Assembly: GCA_046484135.1 (NCBI GenBank)
Contig: JAWOBU010000230.1
Coordinates: 1 to 18,682, forward strand
Origin: a bacterium
GTDB lineage: Bacteria; RBG-13-61-14; DATKZS01
DNA length: 18,682 nucleotides
Direction of reading: 5' to 3'
The translations under genes were made by a program, and so were the position numbers. Below, piece after piece: positions 1 through 7,299 of this stretch; within the stretch, counting starts at the first letter, position 1, and the number at the start of each line of letters is the position of its first letter. The notes under the pieces were generated by a model. The model ran no database searches. It was not told the DNA's origin and saw nothing but the letters and a program-made list of their open reading frames with translations.

Positions 1-323
1 CCGACCTCGGTCGCGCCCTCTATCACCGAGAGGCTCTCGGAGGTGACAACTGGATCATCCACCGTCGCACAGTTCTCCGCAGCGACCCGCACGCTGCTCA
101 GCTCATGGTAGTTGGTCGCACCCCCAGTAGAGCCGGTGATGGAGAGGCGGAGCTTGTCCGGGACACTATCCAGCGCCTCGCTATCCGACGGATCGACAGT
201 GGTTTTAAAGAGTTCCTCGTACTCCGGCTCGGGCTCATGGCGCCCATGGTCACGCTCGACCGTGACCTCGACGTCCCCACTGCCGGTATCCGTATCAATG
301 GTCACGCGATACCGATGGCCGGC
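1..323 (-). pseudogene. 5'-truncated fragment of a large adhesin-like protein (end of an L-type-lectin-like domain followed by the start of a cadherin-like repeat); runs off the window edge
   Basis: Not in the ORF track because it is open to the edge. Manual translation from 323 downwards: AGHRYRVTIDTDTGSGDVEVTVERD...VPDKLRLSITGSTGGATNYHELSSVRVAAENC...DPVVTSESLSVIEGATEV. GHRYRVTID/VERD and TGSTGGxTNxHE resemble MshQ-type bacterial lectin domains; PVVTSxSxSVxEG resembles a cadherin repeat start. The N-terminal part of the domain is absent; a GTG at 305-303 overlaps the otsA stop. Confidence 0.6.
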
Positions 324-1762
324 ATATCTGTTATGGCCTTGTACCCTGCTCGGTTCTCCTGGTGGGCGGACTGGAGCTTCTCCAGGAAGTTCCTGGCCCA
401 GGCCTCGGCGGTGTTGCTGGTCAGATACTCGTACATGGCGTGGTAGCGGTCGCGCCTTTCCCGGTAGGACATGGAGTAGGCCCTCTCCAGTCCCTCGGCC
501 ACGCTGTCGGGCAGATAGGGGTTTACGAGCACCGCCTCGGTAAAGAACTCGGCGATGCCGGTAAATCGGGAGAGTACGAGCACGCCGGGGGCTTCTGGTC
601 GCTGGGCGGCCACGTACTCGATGGCCACCAGGTTCATACCGTCCCGCAGTGGTGTAACCAGGCAGATGTCAGAGGTCCGGTATAACTGGGCCAGGTCCTG
701 CTGGGAGTAGGTCCGGTACAGGTACCGGATAGGGGTCCAGTCGTGCTCGGAGAACTCTCCGTTTATCCTTCCCACCATGGAGTCCACAATATCTTTCTGC
801 TCCCGGTACTCCTTGACCTTGGTGCGGGAAGGAGAGCATATCTGGGTGAGAGAAATTTTCTTCCGCAGGGAAGGGTTTTTCTTCAACAGGTGCTCGAAAG
901 CCGACATCCTCTCCGGGATGCCCTTGGTATAGTCGAGCCGGTCAACGCTGAGGATGGTCTGTCCTCCGGGCGTCGGGTTTTCCAGCTTGAGCTCGTTTTG
1001 GGGTTTGGTCTGTTCCTCCAGGCGCGGGTCATAAATGCGGGTGTCTATCCCGATGGGGGACACGATAACCCGCTGACTGCGACGGCCCGCGAACAGGAAA
1101 TCGCCTTCTTTCACCCCCAGCATCAGCCTTTCCATGACCTCGAAGTAGTTCTGCTGGTACCGGTCGGTGTGAAAACCGATAAGGTCGTAATACAGCCAGG
1201 CGTCCATGAACCCGAGCGGGTCGTTTAATATCTCGATGAACTCCAGCGGAGGAAACGGGATATGGAGGAAGAATCCCAGCGGACCCTTAAAGCCGCCCCG
1301 ACGAAGATACCGGCCCAAGGGAACCATGTGGTAATCATGGACCCAGACCATATCATCCGGCTTCAGGAAATCCAGCAGCTTCTCGCTGAACTTTTTGTTG
1401 ACCTCGAAGTACCAGTGGATGTCTTCCTCGTTCTCGTTCACCCGGCTCTGGAAGCAGTGGAACATGGGCCACAAAGTCCGGTTACAAAAGCTGTTATAGT
1501 AGGCGTTCAGCTCCCGCTCGCTCAGGTCCATGGCCAAAACCCGCACGATGGGCAGGTCCACGGTCGAGAGAGTGCCTGACTTGGCCTCGGAAGTGGTCTT
1601 GCCGCTCCAGCCCATCCACAGGCCCTGTGAGCTCGATTCCATCACCGGCAGCAAGGCGCTCACCAGGCCCCCGGCGGAAGGAATCTTCCCCGACTTCCAG
1701 TCGGACTCCTGCTTTAAAGATGGAAGACGGTTTGAAATAACCACCAGCCTGCGCTCAGTCAT
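302..1762 (-). CDS. otsA: Trehalose-6-phosphate synthase (GT20, OtsA family), 486 aa
   Basis: Motifs VISNRLP, AGGLVSAL, WMGWSG, TLWPMFH, VWVHDYH, FFLHIPFP, VDRLDYTKGI, RDGMNLVAIEYVA. Start placed at ATG 1762 (MTERRLVV), preceded by AGAGGA; the ORF-track extension to 2140 runs through repeats. Confidence 0.92.
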   Translation of the reverse strand: MTERRLVVISNRLPSLKQESDWKSGKIPSAGGLVSALLPVMESSSQGLWMGWSGKTTSEAKSGTLSTVDLPIVRVLAMDLSERELNAYYNSFCNRTLWPMFHCFQSRVNENEEDIHWYFEVNKKFSEKLLDFLKPDDMVWVHDYHMVPLGRYLRRGGFKGPLGFFLHIPFPPLEFIEILNDPLGFMDAWLYYDLIGFHTDRYQQNYFEVMERLMLGVKEGDFLFAGRRSQRVIVSPIGIDTRIYDPRLEEQTKPQNELKLENPTPGGQTILSVDRLDYTKGIPERMSAFEHLLKKNPSLRKKISLTQICSPSRTKVKEYREQKDIVDSMVGRINGEFSEHDWTPIRYLYRTYSQQDLAQLYRTSDICLVTPLRDGMNLVAIEYVAAQRPEAPGVLVLSRFTGIAEFFTEAVLVNPYLPDSVAEGLERAYSMSYRERRDRYHAMYEYLTSNTAEAWARNFLEKLQSAHQENRAGYKAITDMPAIGIA

Positions 1763-2015
1763 AATTATATTCCTCTTTCTAAGTCCTTCGATCGGACAGC
1801 TCTTTAAACATGCAGCTTGCGTTGCCTTTAGTGCCTTTAGTAATAGATAAGTATTATAACCGCTCTTGGCAAGAGGGAGGCGAAGATGCGGGGTCAGGTT
1901 GTGACATTTTACATTCAGGATAGTATGAAAGCCTGTGCTCCGGTTTGCTTCATTTCGGCTTCCCTCCTGTACAACCGCGCCCCCCATGCTGAAAGAAACT
2001 TTCTCGTCCATATGT

Positions 2016-2284
2016 GATGCCCTTGTAAAAAGTCCAATTGCAGCCCCAAAGGGGCGTAGTTCCATAGCCCAGGGCGCAAGCCCTGGGTTAGATAGCATAG
2101 AATAAAAAAGAGCGCTGAAAGCGCGAGGTAAAATCATCATTATAGATGGACAACAATATGTTACGTTGCCCTTTCAGGGCAAGACATTTTTCTTGAAACC
2201 TTTTCCCAGGGCTTGCGCCCTGGGCTATAGTACGTCGCTCTTTCAGAGCTCTAAGGGCTTGTTTTGACTTTTTGCGAGGGCATC
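2016..2284. mobile_element. 269-bp MITE with 19-bp terminal inverted repeats and a 6-bp target-site duplication
   Basis: GATGCCCTTGTAAAAAGTC (2016-2034) and GACTTTTTGCGAGGGCATC (2266-2284), 17/19 complementary. ATATGT flanks both sides (2010-2015 and 2285-2290). No transposase. Confidence 0.85.
2043..2249. repeat. REP-like palindrome doublet inside the MITE
   Basis: Perfect 24-bp inverted pair ATAGCCCAGGGCGCAAGCCCTGGG (2064-2087) and CCCAGGGCTTGCGCCCTGGGCTAT (2205-2228), each itself a hairpin. Four symmetric mini-hairpins: GCCCCAAAGGGGC 2043-2055, GCGCTGAAAGCGC 2112-2124, GCCCTTTCAGGGC 2168-2180, GCTCTTTCAGAGC 2237-2249. Confidence 0.85.
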
Positions 2285-2403
2285 ATATGTCAAATGTCAA
2301 GACCCGACCCCTCCTTTCCTATAAGCGTTCAAATGCAGCCGAAAGCGCTCTCATAAAGAGTACAGGTTGTTTTTTAAAAAGGATGACGTTAAACTAAGCC
2401 CCC

Positions 2404-3966
2404 ATGGGCGGCGGAAAAAACATACGAAAAGTCCTGTTGGTTTTTCCCTCCATGGTCTATAAAAAATCTCAGTCAAGAAAGACATCCATCTTTCCACTCG
2501 GTCTCGGCCACTTGGCTGCCGTGTTGGAAAAAGACTATGAGGTCAAACTGCTTGATTCTGCCCTGCAAGGCTTTGACAACGAGGTGGAACAGGAAAACGG
2601 GCTTAATTGTTACGGGCTGACAGACGACCAATATATAAAAGCCATCGCCGACTTTGCGCCCGATGTTGTAGGCGTGTCCTGTCTTTTTTCCTCTTTGCAA
2701 AAGCAAGCTCTGCGGGTCGCCGACCTGGCCAAACAAACCAACCCCCACATCATAACCGTCATGGGAGGACCGCACGCCTCCGCACTACCGGGGATAGTCA
2801 TGCGCCATCCTTCCCTCGACTTCGCTGTTATAGGAGAAGGAGAACAGCCTCTTCTCGGACTACTCGAGAGATTGAGGCAGGGCAAGGAACCGGCAGACCT
2901 GGACGGAATAGCGTACCGAAAAGATGGTGAGATAAAAACCAATCCCGCTTTGAATCTGACGGAAGACCTGGATTCGCTGCCCTTTCCGGCTTGGCATCTT
3001 CTCGACATGGAAACATATTTCAATATCGGCAGCGTGCAGGGACTTCGCATGGACGGAACAAAAAAGCGGCTAAGACTTCTCCAGATCGCCACATCCAGAG
3101 GGTGCCCCTTCTCCTGCACTTACTGCGGTAAATCGGCCGTATGGGGAGACGGAATCCGATTCATGTCCCCCCGCCGCGTGATGGAATTGCTTGAACTCGC
3201 TGTGGAAAAATACAGTGTGGAAAGGATAGCTTTTCAGGACGATAATCTTACCGTAAACAAAAAACGGGCCCACGAGTTGTTCCAACTCATGGCCGGCAGA
3301 CAACTTCCTCTCACCTGGGAGGCGCACAACGGACTGGCGTTTTCCACTCTGGACGAGAGTATATTGGACGCCATGAAAGAAAGCGGATGCGTAAGCTTTA
3401 CCGGAGCGGTCGAGTCAGGTTCGCCCCAGGTCTTAAAAAAAGTCAAAAAGAAAGTTGATCTGGAACGAGCCATAGAACTTGCTGATTACGCACGCAAAAT
3501 CGGCTTGGACGTACGGGCTTTTTACATCATCGGATTTCCAGGAGAAACCGCGGCTCAGATCGAGGCCACCCGGGAACACATGCGAAGAATGCAAGCATCA
3601 GTGTCTGCGCTTGCTCTATACACCCCCCTCCCGGGATCCCTGCTCTACCAGGAGTTGGAAAGTCAAGGCGTCCTCGATTCCAATAACCTGGACTTCGAAA
3701 AGCTCTCCTTTGGGGCTTTCGATATGCAACTTTCCGAAGTTACGGTGGACGAACTCCACCGTATCAGAAAGATAGACTGGATAAAGAACGTGTTCGCGGA
3801 CAGAGGGGGAAATCTGAAAGAAGACTTGGACATGGACCCCCAGCTCGCCATAACCGAACTTAAAAACGGACTGGAGCTCTACCCCGACTCACCGGAGATC
3901 ATAAAACTGTACGAACAGGCAAAAGAAAAGTACGGAAGAGAGCTGGCTACTGAGCGGTCTTATTAA
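2404..3966 (+). CDS. B12-binding domain radical SAM protein (class B methyltransferase/BchE-like superfamily), 520 aa
   Basis: N-terminal cobalamin-binding domain (FPLGLGHLAAVL, PDVVGVS, MGGPHAS, IGEGE), TSRGCPFSCTYC CxxxCxxC motif, FQDDN, VESGS, IIGFPGET, TPLPGS. Confidence 0.92.
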   Translation: MGGGKNIRKVLLVFPSMVYKKSQSRKTSIFPLGLGHLAAVLEKDYEVKLLDSALQGFDNEVEQENGLNCYGLTDDQYIKAIADFAPDVVGVSCLFSSLQKQALRVADLAKQTNPHIITVMGGPHASALPGIVMRHPSLDFAVIGEGEQPLLGLLERLRQGKEPADLDGIAYRKDGEIKTNPALNLTEDLDSLPFPAWHLLDMETYFNIGSVQGLRMDGTKKRLRLLQIATSRGCPFSCTYCGKSAVWGDGIRFMSPRRVMELLELAVEKYSVERIAFQDDNLTVNKKRAHELFQLMAGRQLPLTWEAHNGLAFSTLDESILDAMKESGCVSFTGAVESGSPQVLKKVKKKVDLERAIELADYARKIGLDVRAFYIIGFPGETAAQIEATREHMRRMQASVSALALYTPLPGSLLYQELESQGVLDSNNLDFEKLSFGAFDMQLSEVTVDELHRIRKIDWIKNVFADRGGNLKEDLDMDPQLAITELKNGLELYPDSPEIIKLYEQAKEKYGRELATERSY

Positions 3967-4015
3967 AAAACCGGCTTGCAAGCGCCAAAGAAATTAATCC
4001 GGAGTAACATCGGGG

Positions 4016-4144
4016 GACACCATAGAATGGCTAACTTAAAGGAAGACAACGCGATTTCTAAATGGAATATATTAATCATCAGGGTGCCGCTATGTCGAGT
4101 GTATAGCATGGTAAGGGCTTAAGTTAGCGCCATTCTATTTTGTC
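4016..4144. repeat. Imperfect inverted repeat between convergent genes
   Basis: ATAGAATGGCTAACTTAA (4022-4039) pairs with TTAAGTTAGCGCCATTCTAT (4119-4138) with a 2-nt bulge; GACA/TGTC extend the outer ends. Confidence 0.7.
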
Positions 4145-4155
4145 GAGCACCGCGG

Positions 4156-4914
4156 TCATTTGTACCCGTCCAGGCTGAAGCGGCCGGACTCGGTCTCGAT
4201 GGGAACCTCGGGCTCGAGACGGGTTTCGGTTTTTTCGCTTCTGAGCTCGACCAGCATAAGCTTTTTCCGGCCTCCGGGCCGGTCGCAGGCGTACTGCTTC
4301 CGGGCGGGCCAGAGCGAAAGCCGGCTGGCCGCCTTTTCAAGTCTTTCCTGCTCGTCCACGGGGTATACCAGGCAAATGCTGCCGGCCGGGCCGACAACGT
4401 GCCCGGCCTGTTTAAGCCAGGTCTCGATGCTCATCATGATCTCGTGCCGGGCCAGTGCTTTTTCCGGGACAGAGCTCACCCTTCCCGAGCTCGAGCTGCG
4501 GAAGGGGGGGTTGGAGACCACCAGGTCGAACTCGGCGGGCGGGAATATGTTGTCGAGCCGCATGGCGTCCTCCTGGAAGACTTCCACCGGTGGGCTGGTT
4601 TGGTTTAGCTTGACGTTTTTTCGGGCGAGGTCGGCCAGTCCGGGTTGGAGCTCGACAGCGGCAACCCGCGCCGGCGCTGCCCGGCAGGCCAGGATGAGGG
4701 CGATGACTCCGGTACCTGCTCCCATGTCCAGCACCTTTTTCCCTTCGGCCCGGCGCAGTGCGAAGGAGGCCAGCAGCAGGGCATCCACCGAGTAGCGGTA
4801 CCCCTTGCGGTGCTGGACCAGCTTGAGCTCGCCGTGTAAAAGGTCGTCCATGACCTCGTCTTGGGCGATCTGCACGGAGCGCTTATGTTTATTTTCCGAC
4901 AAATCTATTTTCAC
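4156..4914 (-). CDS. SAM-dependent methyltransferase, tRNA1(Val) A37 N6-methyltransferase (TrmN6/YfiC) family
   Basis: LVQHRKGYRYSVDALLLA, VLDMGAGTGVI (motif I), VELQ, FDLVVSNPPF (amino-MTase motif IV), ARHE. The start could be GTG 4914 or a downstream ATG. Confidence 0.85.
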   Translation of the reverse strand: MKIDLSENKHKRSVQIAQDEVMDDLLHGELKLVQHRKGYRYSVDALLLASFALRRAEGKKVLDMGAGTGVIALILACRAAPARVAAVELQPGLADLARKNVKLNQTSPPVEVFQEDAMRLDNIFPPAEFDLVVSNPPFRSSSSGRVSSVPEKALARHEIMMSIETWLKQAGHVVGPAGSICLVYPVDEQERLEKAASRLSLWPARKQYACDRPGGRKKLMLVELRSEKTETRLEPEVPIETESGRFSLDGYK

Positions 4915-4991
4915 CCACTTTTCAGGATATCCGATTAGAGTTCTGTTTTCATTTTAAATCATTTTACCTTCTAATAAATCCTTTACCTCTA

Positions 4992-5151
4992 GAGCCTCTT
5001 GCAAAAAGAGCGGAGAAAAGTGGGAGAGACCTCCAGGTCTCGATGATCGCGAGCTGCCTGCCTGTGCGTGTCCGCACGCAGACAGGGAGCTCGCTCCCAC
5101 CATACAAAGCCTAACTTACCACCTTCATAATCAGACTTTTGCAAGAGGCTC
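4992..5151. mobile_element. 160-bp MITE with perfect 15-bp terminal inverted repeats and a 4-bp target-site duplication
   Basis: GAGCCTCTTGCAAAA (4992-5006) and TTTTGCAAGAGGCTC (5137-5151). TCTA flanks both sides (4988-4991 and 5152-5155). Confidence 0.85.
5020..5100. repeat. GTGGGAG-type REP doublet interrupted by a 30-bp palindromic insert
   Basis: Removing 5057-5086 (CCTGCCTGTGCGTGTCCGCACGCAGACAGG) restores the symmetric GTGGGAG-AGACC-TCCA-GGTCT-CGAT-GATCG-CGAGC-TGGA-GCTCG-CTCCCAC. Confidence 0.8.
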
Positions 5152-5198
5152 TCTAAACCTTCTTTCTTCATTTCCCGGGCACTCATTCGATTGGGGTC

Positions 5199-5237
5199 TT
5201 GTTTATTTACCGGAGTCGTAGTAAAATATGTTATAAC
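5199..5237 (+). promoter_or_regulatory. Putative sigma70 promoter of the HD operon
   Basis: TTGTTT (5199-5204), 17-nt spacer, TAAAAT (5222-5227); also an extended -10 TGtTATAAC at 5229-5237. Confidence 0.5.
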
Positions 5238-5289
5238 ATCATTTGAAAATGCCGTCATATCGAGAGCAGACACGGAAGCGGGGAAACAG

Positions 5290-6645
5290 TTGGCAAAAAA
5301 CATACATGAAATCAGAGACCCCATTCACGTTTTTGTCCGACTTGACAGTCATGAGCGGGAAGTTTTAAATTCCCGTCCTTTCCAGAGACTGCGTCATATT
5401 CACCAACTAGCCCTTACTTACCTTGTATATCCAGGAGCAACTCATCGTAGATTTGAGCACTCCTTGGGAGTCATGGAGCTGGCCAGCCGAGTTTTTGATG
5501 TAATCACTGACAAACGTAACGTCACGGACAAGATAAAGAGACTTCTTCCGCAGATTGAACAGGATGATGAAAGAAATTACTGGCGCCGGGTTATTCGCAT
5601 GGCGGCTTTATGCCATGATATAGGACACCTGCCATTTTCCCACGCCGCGGAAAAAGAGCTGCTGCCGGAAGAATGGAACCATGAAAGGATCACAAGGGAG
5701 ATAATTCTCAGCAGCGAGATGGAATCCATTTGGAGAGATGTAACTCCGCCATTGCGTTCCGATGACATCGCCAAGTTGGCATTAGGACCCGAAAAAGCAA
5801 ATGATCTTGATTTTTCCGACTGGGAAACGATTCTCTCAGAGATAATTGTCGGCGACGCCTTTGGCGTGGACCGTATGGACTATTTGCTGAGAGACTCTCA
5901 CCACATTGGAGTCGCTTACGGCAGATTCGATCATCACAGGCTTATTGACACCCTGCGTATTCTGCACACACCTCCCTCCGGCGAGGGAGAAAAGGGAATG
6001 AGTGAAGAACCCGCTCTTGGAGTAGAGCAAGGCGGGATTCAGTCCGCCGAAGCTTTGATGCTTGCCCGCTACTTCATGTTCTCTCAAGTATACTTGCATC
6101 CGGTGCGGCGTATTTATGACATCCATCTTAAAGACTTTCTAAAGCAATGGCTTCCTGAGGGGGTCTTTTCTACAGAGGTTGATGAACATCTCAATATTAC
6201 AGACAACGAAGTGAACGCCGAACTTGTCAAAGCCGCTTATGATTCAAGTTACAGGGGCCACATTCATGCTGAAAGGATTATTTGCAGGAAACACTTCAAG
6301 GTACTTTATCAGAGGAATCCGAGCGATGTCCGGAAGAATCCTGAAGCTGGTCAATCCATTTATGAAGAAGCGCAGAAGCAATTCGGAGCAGATAAATTGA
6401 GACATGATCGCTACACCCAGAAAGGTGAAGCTACGGACTTCCCGGTCCTGACTCGTGATGGCCGCCTTGAACCATCAATAGTAATATCCAAGACGCTTCA
6501 GCACTTATCCGAGGTTGCCGAGATTTCGATCGACTTTGTTTTTACAGACAGGGAAATTGACAAAGAGGCGCGAAAATGGCTTAATGAACACAGGGGAAAC
6601 GCCATAAAGATATCGGAGGAGGATGACCACGATGAAAAGGCTTAA
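5290..6645 (+). CDS. HD-domain phosphohydrolase, SAMHD1/YwfO-like dNTP triphosphohydrolase family (COG1078-like), 451 aa
   Basis: IRDPIH, FQRLRHIHQL, VYPGATHRRFEHSLGV, LCHDIGHLPFSH, HE, DRMDYLLRDS, RYFMFSQVYLH. Likely start is TTG 5290 (LAKNIHEIRDPIH) after GCGGGGA. Confidence 0.9.
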   Translation: MAKNIHEIRDPIHVFVRLDSHEREVLNSRPFQRLRHIHQLALTYLVYPGATHRRFEHSLGVMELASRVFDVITDKRNVTDKIKRLLPQIEQDDERNYWRRVIRMAALCHDIGHLPFSHAAEKELLPEEWNHERITREIILSSEMESIWRDVTPPLRSDDIAKLALGPEKANDLDFSDWETILSEIIVGDAFGVDRMDYLLRDSHHIGVAYGRFDHHRLIDTLRILHTPPSGEGEKGMSEEPALGVEQGGIQSAEALMLARYFMFSQVYLHPVRRIYDIHLKDFLKQWLPEGVFSTEVDEHLNITDNEVNAELVKAAYDSSYRGHIHAERIICRKHFKVLYQRNPSDVRKNPEAGQSIYEEAQKQFGADKLRHDRYTQKGEATDFPVLTRDGRLEPSIVISKTLQHLSEVAEISIDFVFTDREIDKEARKWLNEHRGNAIKISEEDDHDEKA

Positions 6646-7171
6646 GAAGATAGCTTTGCTTACAACTCTTATGCAGAAATTACGAGAGCAGGGAAGCTGG
6701 TGCGGTGAAACACACGTTCAAAAGGCCGGTTATATATTACAAGAGCTACTCGGGGTCCCCACTGATTTAGAGTACATTCTTTACAAACACGGGCCTTTTT
6801 CTTTTGACTTGAGAGATGAGTTAACCGCGATGCGCGCGGACGAGCTGGTAAGAATAGAACCGGTTTCATCTTATGGCGTGCGTTTGAGACCCACCGAACT
6901 AAGTGAATCATTACAGACTCGCTTCCCCAAAACTATGGCTGAGTATGAAGATAAAATAGATTTCGTTGCTGAAAACGTAGGAGATAAAGGAGTGAAAGAG
7001 CTGGAACGCCTTGCAACCGCTTTGTATATCTCCTTGAAGAATGGCTCAGCTTTAAAAGCGGAAAACCGGGCCCATAAACTTAACGAACTTAAACCCCATA
7101 TTTCGATAGAGGCTGCTCAACAAGCTTTTGATGAAGCTGATTCTTTAATGGAGTCGGCAAAAAGTTTATGA
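6632..7171 (+). CDS. Uncharacterised YwgA/Panacea(DUF4065, SocA)/DarG C-terminal-like protein, 179 aa
   Basis: Strong SD GGAGGAGG (6615-6622) before ATG 6632; overlaps the HD stop codon. Motifs GETHVQKAGYILQE, YILYKHGPFSFDL and ELERLATALY resemble the QK..Y / GP(Y/F)S / LELLAT pattern of this winged-helix-like group. Family call is by eye. Confidence 0.75.
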   Translation: MKRLKKIALLTTLMQKLREQGSWCGETHVQKAGYILQELLGVPTDLEYILYKHGPFSFDLRDELTAMRADELVRIEPVSSYGVRLRPTELSESLQTRFPKTMAEYEDKIDFVAENVGDKGVKELERLATALYISLKNGSALKAENRAHKLNELKPHISIEAAQQAFDEADSLMESAKSL

Positions 7172-7241
7172 GCTTTTTTCCGGCATCATGTCAGAAAACC
7201 GGGCCTGGAAATAACCAGTAGTCGCTTTCCCCCTGACTGCG

Positions 7242-7279
7242 AAAAAAAGGCCCCCTTTTCCAGGCGGGAGAAGGGGGCC
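7242..7279 (-). terminator. Intrinsic terminator downstream of the HtrA gene
   Basis: GGCCCCCTTTTCC-loop-GGGAGAAGGGGGCC hairpin (7249-7279) with an A7 run at 7242-7248, which is a U tract on the minus strand. Confidence 0.8.
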
Positions 7280-7299
7280 GTTGATTTGAGATGCAATCC

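Larger units (their letters stand above)
1890..2311. repeat. Outer inverted-repeat (REPIN-like) element with 25-bp arms
   Basis: GGGGTCAGGTTGTGACATTTTACAT (1890-1914) versus the reverse complement of 2287-2311 (GGGGTCGGGTCTTGACATTTGACAT): 21/25 identical. Confidence 0.75.

Noticed and set aside
1..480. Programmed frameshift fusing OtsA to the lectin frame
   Set aside because: No slippery heptamer seen, the lectin domain is incomplete, and a cytoplasmic enzyme fused to an adhesin is implausible; the alternative frame is open because of high GC3.
1763..2140. 126-aa N-terminal extension of OtsA in the ORF track
   Set aside because: Runs through the MITE and repeat region; family similarity starts at ATG 1762, which has its own SD.
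2043..2249. CRISPR array
   Set aside because: Repeats are inverted rather than direct and regularly spaced; no cas genes in the window.
5191..5289. N-terminal extension of the HD protein
   Set aside because: Overlaps the predicted promoter; the family normally starts just before the RDPIH motif.
4989..5324. 111-aa minus-strand ORF
   Set aside because: Spans the MITE and the HD promoter; no protein features.
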